Assembly: GCA_964594235.1 (NCBI GenBank)
Contig: CAZQMF010000006.1
Location: 1-51,028 of the forward strand
Length of the DNA: 51,028 nt
Direction of reading: 5' to 3'
From: an uncultured Acidimicrobiia bacterium
GTDB taxonomy: Bacteria; Actinomycetota; Acidimicrobiia; Spongiisociales; UBA4744
Position 1 is the first letter of the stretch. Every line of letters begins with the position of its first letter. Position numbers and translations under genes: made by a program. Under the pieces are notes generated by a model that saw only the letters and a program-made list of their open reading frames with translations, ran no database searches and had not been told where the DNA came from. Shown piece after piece: positions 44,794 to 51,028 of this stretch.

Positions 44794-46038
44794 ATGATCG
44801 ACCGCCTCATGAAGCTCTCTCGGTTCGTCAGACCGCCGATCCCTCCGGTGAGGTCCGACGTCCGGATCGTGTCGCTGACAGCGGTCATGGCCTACGTCCA
44901 GGGCTACGCCTTCGCCCAGGCGGCCAACAACGTCCCGTTCGTCCGCCACGCCCTCGGCGAGACAGCAGCGCAAATGAGCCTGCTTCTCGCCCTCACCCGG
45001 ATGGGAGCCATCGCCGCCGTCGTGCTCTCCCTTGTCGGTGACCGGGGCGGACGCCGAAGGATTCTGTTGTTCTCCTTTGGGATGATGGCTCTGGCGAGCG
45101 CTGCCACCGCCACGGTCAACACGGCGCTCTGGTTCACGGTCTGGCAGTCGATCACCCGCATGACGGGCTCGGCGGTGTCGGTACTGGCACTGGTGATCCT
45201 CGCCGAAACGCTGCAGCCAGGACTGCGCGCGTATGGCATCGCCGTGTTTGGGGCCGCGGCGAGCTTCGGCGCCGGATCGGCGCTCGTCGCCGTACCCATC
45301 AACGACCTCGGTCCGAACATGTGGAGGGTGCTGTTCGCGGCAACCCTCCTCGGGTTGCTGGCGTTCCCGGCGCTGGCAAAGAGGGTGGGGGAGAGCCCAC
45401 TCTTCGAGTCGGGCGGCATCGGGCCCGTACTGTGGGCTCCGCTCCACGGGAACGCCATCAGGCGGTTCTGGCCGATCGCGGCGATATCGTTCCTCGCGGC
45501 GGCCTTCGCCGCGACGGCGTCGTCATTCTCGGTGGAACGACTCGTCGAAGATCTCGGGCTGTCGACAACAGTCGCCGTGCTGATCCTTGCCGTCGGCGGG
45601 ACGGTCGGTGGAATCGGCTTCTTCGCCGGCGGACGCCTTGCGGACACCTGGGGCCGCCGTCCCACGACCGTGATGGCTCTTCTATCGGCCGGGATCGGGG
45701 GTGTCGGCATGTACCGTCTCGGGTCCCCTGGTCTCCTCGTGCTTGCTGCTGCACTCTCGGGGTTCGGAGCGTTCGCGATCGTTCCATCACTCGGCGCGCT
45801 GCGCAACGAGGTGTTCCCGACCGGCATTCGAGCGACAGCGGCCACCTGGCTCAACTCGGCAGGCGTCGTCGGCGCAGTGTCCGGACTGGCCGCCGGCAAG
45901 TACCTGATCGGCAACTTCGGTCTCTCGACAACCGTCACCCTGCTCTCGGTCGGGATGGCGATCGCGGCCCTCCTCGTGACACTGGTGCCGGAAACGAAGG
46001 GCCTGCACCTCACCTCGGACGTCCCACCGATCGCCTGA
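44794..46038 (+). CDS. MFS transporter
   Basis: About 12 TM; GDRGGRRR and GRLADTWGRRP motif-A repeats, EVFPTGIR, PETKG. Confidence 0.9.
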   Translation: MIDRLMKLSRFVRPPIPPVRSDVRIVSLTAVMAYVQGYAFAQAANNVPFVRHALGETAAQMSLLLALTRMGAIAAVVLSLVGDRGGRRRILLFSFGMMALASAATATVNTALWFTVWQSITRMTGSAVSVLALVILAETLQPGLRAYGIAVFGAAASFGAGSALVAVPINDLGPNMWRVLFAATLLGLLAFPALAKRVGESPLFESGGIGPVLWAPLHGNAIRRFWPIAAISFLAAAFAATASSFSVERLVEDLGLSTTVAVLILAVGGTVGGIGFFAGGRLADTWGRRPTTVMALLSAGIGGVGMYRLGSPGLLVLAAALSGFGAFAIVPSLGALRNEVFPTGIRATAATWLNSAGVVGAVSGLAAGKYLIGNFGLSTTVTLLSVGMAIAALLVTLVPETKGLHLTSDVPPIA

Positions 46039-46058
46039 GCTGTCGGCTGTCTGCTGTC
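46038..46058. repeat. Short heptamer array, copy G
   Basis: AGCTGTC-GGCTGTC-TGCTGTC directly at the MFS stop. Confidence 0.55.
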
Positions 46059-46086
46059 ACCTGGTGGTGGGCTAGGCTGCCCGCCC

Positions 46087-46839
46087 ATGGGTGACGTCGG
46101 GATCATCACTGCGTTCGTGTTCGGCATCGTGTCGTTCCTGTCACCGTGTGTGCTGCCGCTCTTGCCGGGCTATCTGAGCCTCATGTCCGGCTATTCGGTG
46201 GGTGATCTTCAGGGCGGGTCCGCCTCATCGGGGCGTATGTTCCGGGTGACGCTGACCTTCGTGGTTGGCTTCACGATCGTGTTCGTCATGCTGGGCGCCG
46301 CCGCCACGTCCGTCGGTCGTTTCTTCCTGGTTCACCAGCGTGTCGCCCTGCGGGTGGCAGGGTGGATCGTGATCGCGTTCGGGTTGCTCATCGTGACGTC
46401 GGCCTTCTCCAACTCCAAGTATCTGGCGTTTCTGACGAGGGAGCGCCGCTTCGAGGTGCGTCCGTCGAAGCTCGGCGGATGGGCTCCTCTCGCGATGGGG
46501 TTTGCGTTCGGGTTCGCGTGGACGCCTTGCATCGGACCGGTCCTCGCCGCGATCCTCGCCACCGCCGCCGTTCAGGAGACGGTCGTACAGGGAATGGTGC
46601 TCCTGTTTGCGTACGGTCTCGGACTTGGAGTTCCGTTCATCCTGTCCGGCGTGGGGCTGTCCCGTGCGTTCAAAGCGATGGGGTTCCTACGCCGCTACCT
46701 CCGTCCGATCAATGTCGTTTCCGGTCTCCTCCTTGCCGGGTTCGGTGTACTGATGATCACCGGAAAGCTGGCGATCATCTCCGGGTGGGTGCAACAGCTC
46801 TTCTCGAAACTCGGTCTCGAATGGCTCGCTCAGATCTGA
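46087..46839 (+). CDS. ccdA: Cytochrome c biogenesis / DsbD-like membrane redox protein
   Basis: SFLSPCVLPL and WTPCIGP Cys motifs; about 6 TM. Confidence 0.92.
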   Translation: MGDVGIITAFVFGIVSFLSPCVLPLLPGYLSLMSGYSVGDLQGGSASSGRMFRVTLTFVVGFTIVFVMLGAAATSVGRFFLVHQRVALRVAGWIVIAFGLLIVTSAFSNSKYLAFLTRERRFEVRPSKLGGWAPLAMGFAFGFAWTPCIGPVLAAILATAAVQETVVQGMVLLFAYGLGLGVPFILSGVGLSRAFKAMGFLRRYLRPINVVSGLLLAGFGVLMITGKLAIISGWVQQLFSKLGLEWLAQI

Positions 46840-47747
46840 CGTACGGGGACGTCACCGGCGAGTACCTGGCGTTGCGAGGTGATGCTGCGTCGGTCCGCGG
46901 CATGCATGAGGCGCTGGTGGTCAGAGGCTCCGATGCAGTTTCGTTCCTCAACGGAATCCTCACCCAGGACGTCGAGGGCCTGCCAGTCGGTGGTGTCGCA
47001 CGGTCGATGCTCCTGACACCTCGAGGCAAGGTGCGGGCGCTTCTGTGGCTGCTGCGAGAGGACGACGAGGTGATCCTCATTGCCGACCAAGGGACGGGCG
47101 AAGCCGTAGCCGACGACCTCGCTCGGTTCAAGATCAGGGTCGATGTGCAGATCGACGATCCAGCGCCGGTGGTGGAGGTGTGGGGACCGAACGCCGCCCA
47201 GGCACTCGCCGACGCCCCGGACCACGGTTGGGTTCGCACTGAAGATGGGGTGGCGGCGAGGGTGCCGCTTCCCGGTGTTCCAAGGTTCATGCTCACGGGC
47301 GACGCGGACACGAGCGGTGTACGGTCGGCCGGACTGGTCGCCGCGACGGCAGTGAGAGTCGAGGCGGGGGAGCCGTTGACCGGACGCGATCTCGACGACA
47401 AGACGTTGGTCCACGAGACCGGTCTCGACGCAGAGTCCGTCTCCTACCAGAAGGGCTGCTATCTCGGCCAGGAAGTCGTCGCCAGGATCGAGTATCGGGG
47501 TCACGTCAACCGGATGCTGCGCGGTGTCACGGTGAGCACGAACGTGCTTCCCCCGGAGGGTGCGGCGCTGATGGCGGGTGACAGGGAGGTCGGACGCCTC
47601 ACGTCGGTGAGCGAATCGCTATCCCTTCGAGCTCCGGTCGGACTGTCGCTACTCCGTGTGGATGCCGGCGACGATGTGGAGGTGGCGTGGGATGGGGGGA
47701 CAGCACCGGCCAGAGTCCACGTCCTGCCGATGTTTACAAACATCTGA
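46821..47747 (+). CDS. ygfZ: YgfZ/GcvT-like folate-binding protein
   Basis: KGCYLGQEVVAR signature; GSDAVSFLNGILTQD. Confidence 0.88.
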   Translation: MARSDLTYGDVTGEYLALRGDAASVRGMHEALVVRGSDAVSFLNGILTQDVEGLPVGGVARSMLLTPRGKVRALLWLLREDDEVILIADQGTGEAVADDLARFKIRVDVQIDDPAPVVEVWGPNAAQALADAPDHGWVRTEDGVAARVPLPGVPRFMLTGDADTSGVRSAGLVAATAVRVEAGEPLTGRDLDDKTLVHETGLDAESVSYQKGCYLGQEVVARIEYRGHVNRMLRGVTVSTNVLPPEGAALMAGDREVGRLTSVSESLSLRAPVGLSLLRVDAGDDVEVAWDGGTAPARVHVLPMFTNI

Positions 47748-47760
47748 CACTTCCTCAACG
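47733..47760 (+). promoter_or_regulatory. Putative OmpR/PhoB-type direct-repeat binding site
   Basis: TTTACA (47733), CTGACA (47744), TCAACG (47755) at 11-bp period upstream of the response regulator. Confidence 0.45.
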
Positions 47761-47824
47761 GTTCGCGCGAAGCTGTCGATGATCCTTCTGCATCGGACGG
47801 CGATCGACAATCATGGAGGGTCGT

Positions 47825-48499
47825 ATGAACCGCGGCCGCATCGTGCTCATCGAAGACGAGGAACCGATCGCAGACATGCTTCGTGTGTTCTTCGAACGTG
47901 AGGGGTTCAAGCTCGTTCATGCCCCGACTGGTGAGGACGGGCTCGAGCGGCTCGCCGAGCGTCCCGCCCGCGCCGTCTTGCTCGATCTCAACCTGCCGGG
48001 CATCGACGGTATCGAGACCTGTCGTCGCATCCGCGCGTCGTCGGACGTGCCGGTGATCATGCTCACCGCCCGAGACTCGGAGATCGACAAGGTGGTGGGG
48101 CTCGAGATCGGCGCGGACGACTATGTCACCAAGCCGTTCTCACCGCGCGAGCTGTTGGCGAGGGTGAAAGCGGTTCTGCGCCGTGCCGAGGAAGCTCCTA
48201 CGGTCGCCAGGGAGCTGAACGTCGACGGTTTCGAGATCGACTCGGGACGTCGCGAGGTGAGGACCCCGTCCGGCGAAACGGTGCGTCCGACCGCCCGGGA
48301 GTTCGACTTGCTGTGGTATCTCGCCGAGCACGCGGGATTGGTGATGTCGAGAGGGCAGATCCTCGAAGCGGTCTGGGGCTACGAGTATTTCGGGGAGACT
48401 CGAACGGTCGATGTGCATGTTCGCCAGCTTCGCAAGAAGCTGGAGGGGATCCCGATCGAGACGGTGTGGGGCATCGGCTATCGCGTAGAGAAGTCATGA
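47825..48499 (+). CDS. OmpR/PhoB-family response regulator
   Basis: IEDE, LLDLNLP, MLTAR, GADDYVTKPFS, RTVDVHVRQLRKKL, TVWGIGY; GGAGG SD. Confidence 0.95.
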   Translation: MNRGRIVLIEDEEPIADMLRVFFEREGFKLVHAPTGEDGLERLAERPARAVLLDLNLPGIDGIETCRRIRASSDVPVIMLTARDSEIDKVVGLEIGADDYVTKPFSPRELLARVKAVLRRAEEAPTVARELNVDGFEIDSGRREVRTPSGETVRPTAREFDLLWYLAEHAGLVMSRGQILEAVWGYEYFGETRTVDVHVRQLRKKLEGIPIETVWGIGYRVEKS

Positions 48500-49923
48500 G
48501 GCGCCGTTTCTTCTGGAGCATTCTCGGGATCGCGACCCTCGCGCTGGTGCTCGTCGGCCTCTTCGCCGCGGTGATCGGCCAGGTCGCCCTCACCAGGGAG
48601 GCTGAGCGGGAGATGTCGCAGGAGACGGTCGCGATCGAACGTTTGCTCGAGAGTCAGCTGACCGATGAGACAGGAACCAGGATCACGATTGCCGGATTGG
48701 CTGGGGCACTTCGCGGGGGACAGCTATCGGACACGGTGAAGAATCGAGTCGGGTCGCTTCTTTCGATGATTGAGGGGATCGCCGGTGGTCGGCAGGTGGA
48801 CATCGGATGGGTCGACATCCAGGGCAACCTGCGAATGCTCGAGAACCCGTCGCTGGCGAGCGCCCTTCGGTTCAATGTCGGCTCGCTCGAGAGCGGCAAG
48901 GACAGTGTGGTCCGGCGGCGTGTGCCGGGGCAGACCGGTGTCGTCCTTGCAGTGGCACACCCTCTCGGGTCGACGCGTGTGGTGATCGTGGTGCGGCAGC
49001 GGTTGCAGGTGATCAGTGGCCAGGGGTACTTCAGGGTCATGCTCGTCGCGTTCCTGATCGCCGTGCTGCTGGCTGCCATCGCAGCCAGATTGCTCGCAGG
49101 ACGGCTGGCGTCGAGAGGAGCGAGACTCGCCGATGCCGCCCGGAAGATCGCCGGTGGAGATGTGACAGCCCGTGCGGGCCTCGACGGAACCGACGAGGTG
49201 GCGCAGATTGCCCGCGCATTCGATGAGATGGCCGATCGTCTGGAGGCGACCCAGGCGAGCGAGCGTGAGTTCCTGCTCAGTGTCGGCCACGATCTGCGCA
49301 CCCCGCTGACCACGATCGGCGGATACGCGGAAGCGTTGGAGGAGGGAGGACTGGACGAAGCGTCACTCGCGCGAGTCGGTGGGGTCGTGTCGAACGAGAC
49401 GAGGCGGCTCCGCCGGTTGATCGAGGATCTGATGATGCTCGCGCGACTCGACGCGAACGAGTTCACACTCCGTTCGGAGGATGTCGATGTGGGGGCGCAC
49501 CTTCGGGGCGTTGCCGAAGCGTTTCATTCCCGAGCGGAAGCGGACGGCCTGCGGTTCTTCGTCCGGGCCGAAGAGACAGGCACGATGCGGGTGGACCCGG
49601 ATCGCCTCGCGCAGATCGCGGGCAATCTCATCGAGAACGCCCTCCGCTACACACCCGAGGCCGGAGTAGTCGAGTTTCGGGTATCTCCCACGAGTGAAGG
49701 GGTCGCATTGGAGGTGGCCGACTCGGGTCCGGGGATCGAACCCGAGGACCTGCCACACGTCTTCGAGCGCTTCTTCGTGTCGCACCGATACCGGGGGGTG
49801 CGGCCGGAAGGATCCGGACTTGGACTGTCGATCGTCCATCGACTCGTCACAGCGATGGGCGGCAGGGTCGATGTCACGTCGGGTTCGGGAGGGACGACAT
49901 TCAAGGTGGAGATTCCGAGGTGA
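48496..49923 (+). CDS. HAMP-domain sensor histidine kinase
   Basis: Two TMs, HAMP, HDLRTPL H-box, NLIENALRY, DSGPGI, GSGLGL. Confidence 0.95.
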   Translation: MRRRFFWSILGIATLALVLVGLFAAVIGQVALTREAEREMSQETVAIERLLESQLTDETGTRITIAGLAGALRGGQLSDTVKNRVGSLLSMIEGIAGGRQVDIGWVDIQGNLRMLENPSLASALRFNVGSLESGKDSVVRRRVPGQTGVVLAVAHPLGSTRVVIVVRQRLQVISGQGYFRVMLVAFLIAVLLAAIAARLLAGRLASRGARLADAARKIAGGDVTARAGLDGTDEVAQIARAFDEMADRLEATQASEREFLLSVGHDLRTPLTTIGGYAEALEEGGLDEASLARVGGVVSNETRRLRRLIEDLMMLARLDANEFTLRSEDVDVGAHLRGVAEAFHSRAEADGLRFFVRAEETGTMRVDPDRLAQIAGNLIENALRYTPEAGVVEFRVSPTSEGVALEVADSGPGIEPEDLPHVFERFFVSHRYRGVRPEGSGLGLSIVHRLVTAMGGRVDVTSGSGGTTFKVEIPR

Positions 49924-51028
49924 GACGCCGGTCGGCTGCCGCGATTGTCGTCACAGTTCTCGCACTCGCCGGGTTCACGTGGTTCTGTGCAGCCGTATTG
50001 CCGCCTGCCGTTCAGGGGGAGCCCGACTTCCCGAACTACTACTTCGGTGGGGAGCGACTCCTGTCGGGGGAGCCCGTATACGGGTCTCTGGCTCCGCTCA
50101 TGGAGGAGCAATTCGGGGTCGCGTCCTATGAGGCATATCCGGCGGATCCACCGGCGACGGTCATCCTCCTGTCACCGTTGTCGCTGCTGCCGTACGAGAC
50201 CGCGTGGATCGCATTCGCTGTCCTGTCGGCGGCGATCATGTTCGGGGTGGGCTACGGAGTCGGTCGGGAGGTTGGCTGGTCGCGGGAGGCGTCGATCGCC
50301 GCGGGGACGCTGCTGCTCGTGACGTCGGCGGGACGGTTCCTGCTGTTCCGCAACCACATGGAATCCATCCTCCTGCTTGCCCTATTCCTCGGGTGGCGAG
50401 AGCTGCGCCGCGGGCACGAGATGTCTGCCGGTGTCTGGTGGGGCATCGCAGCGGCGTTGAAGCTGTTCCCTGCGCTCCTCATCGTCGGACTCATCGCCGG
50501 TCGGAGGACACGGGCGGCCGTGACGGCCATCTTGACCGCAGCCGGAATCACCGTCGTCGCGGTGGGGGTAGCCGGGTGGAGTAACACGGCCGCGTTCATC
50601 ACCGACGTGCTGCCGTTGTCCGCGCACTGGTACGGCGCGCTAGGCAACTACTCGTTGCTGTCGTTCGGAACCGCGTTGGCCGGCACGTGGCTCGGGTGGT
50701 CGCTCCTCGCGATCGGTGGCATCGCGCTGGTGGCCACGTATTCGAGCGGGGCAAGGAGTGCCGACGAGATCTGGATCGCAGGCATGGCCGCAGCCCTACT
50801 CATCACACCGCTCTCGTGGGTGAACTATCTGGTGCTCGTCCTTCCGGGCGCGATGGTCATCGTCGACAAGTTCGACCTCCGCGAGCTTCGCGATCGATGG
50901 TTGGCGATCGGGCTGGTCGTTGCCCTCGGATTCTGGGGGCCAATCGTGCTCGGGGCGAAGTTGCCATCGGTGCTGTTGTCGTTCATACCCACGTACGGGT
51001 TGATCGCCCTGTTTCTGACTGCGATCCG
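49920..51028 (+). CDS. GT87/DUF2029 membrane glycosyltransferase (3'-truncated by window edge)
   Basis: Not in the ORF track because it has no stop in the window; GTG overlaps the HK stop; DFPNYYFGG, YPADPP, ALKLFP, NYSL, TPLSWVNY; multi-TM. Confidence 0.8.
   Translation, partial: MRRRSAAAIVVTVLALAGFTWFCAAVLPPAVQGEPDFPNYYFGGERLLSGEPVYGSLAPLMEEQFGVASYEAYPADPPATVILLSPLSLLPYETAWIAFAVLSAAIMFGVGYGVGREVGWSREASIAAGTLLLVTSAGRFLLFRNHMESILLLALFLGWRELRRGHEMSAGVWWGIAAALKLFPALLIVGLIAGRRTRAAVTAILTAAGITVVAVGVAGWSNTAAFITDVLPLSAHWYGALGNYSLLSFGTALAGTWLGWSLLAIGGIALVATYSSGARSADEIWIAGMAAALLITPLSWVNYLVLVLPGAMVIVDKFDLRELRDRWLAIGLVVALGFWGPIVLGAKLPSVLLSFIPTYGLIALFLTAI

Noticed and set aside
797-50647. Numerous long alternative-frame and antisense ORFs in the track
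   Set aside because: Expected shadows of high-GC coding sequence; they have no motifs and overlap well-supported genes

Overview
A high-GC actinobacterial chromosome segment made mostly of core genes. Acidimicrobiia is the likely lineage, but that is inferred only from gene content and order. Gene order: fabG(partial)-acpP-fabF, histidine phosphatase, DUF3040, Rv1830-like MerR regulator, MoxR/DUF58/transglutaminase operon, two hypotheticals, a degenerate serine-recombinase domain and a USP. Then the dcw cluster (mraZ-rsmH-ftsL-ftsI-murE-mraY-murD-ftsW-murG-murC-murB-ftsQ-ftsZ-pgeF-yggS-sepF-yggT-divIVA, with no murF), an inverted type-2 ileS, DUF167-TraR/DksA-lspA-rluD, two tandem phosphofructokinases and dnaE. 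The window ends with an ArsA/BagAB-like ATPase pair, two-domain thyX, an EamA transporter, xpt, nth, an MFS transporter, ccdA, ygfZ, an OmpR-type two-component system and a partial GT87 glycosyltransferase. I found no rRNA, tRNA, CRISPR array, transposase or prophage. The most unusual signal is a dispersed non-coding family of degenerate 7-bp tandem arrays, often capped by a GCTCGC-type hairpin and often arranged as inverted arms, present in at least 7 intergenic regions. Other items of note: an unannotated 39-aa ORF coupled to a PPi-type PFK, an apparently catalytically dead stand-alone resolvase domain, an mraW-like RNA hairpin that covers the rsmH start, an HYGN signature in IleRS, and many candidate leaderless promoters. 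All calls come from reading motifs by eye; no database searches were run.
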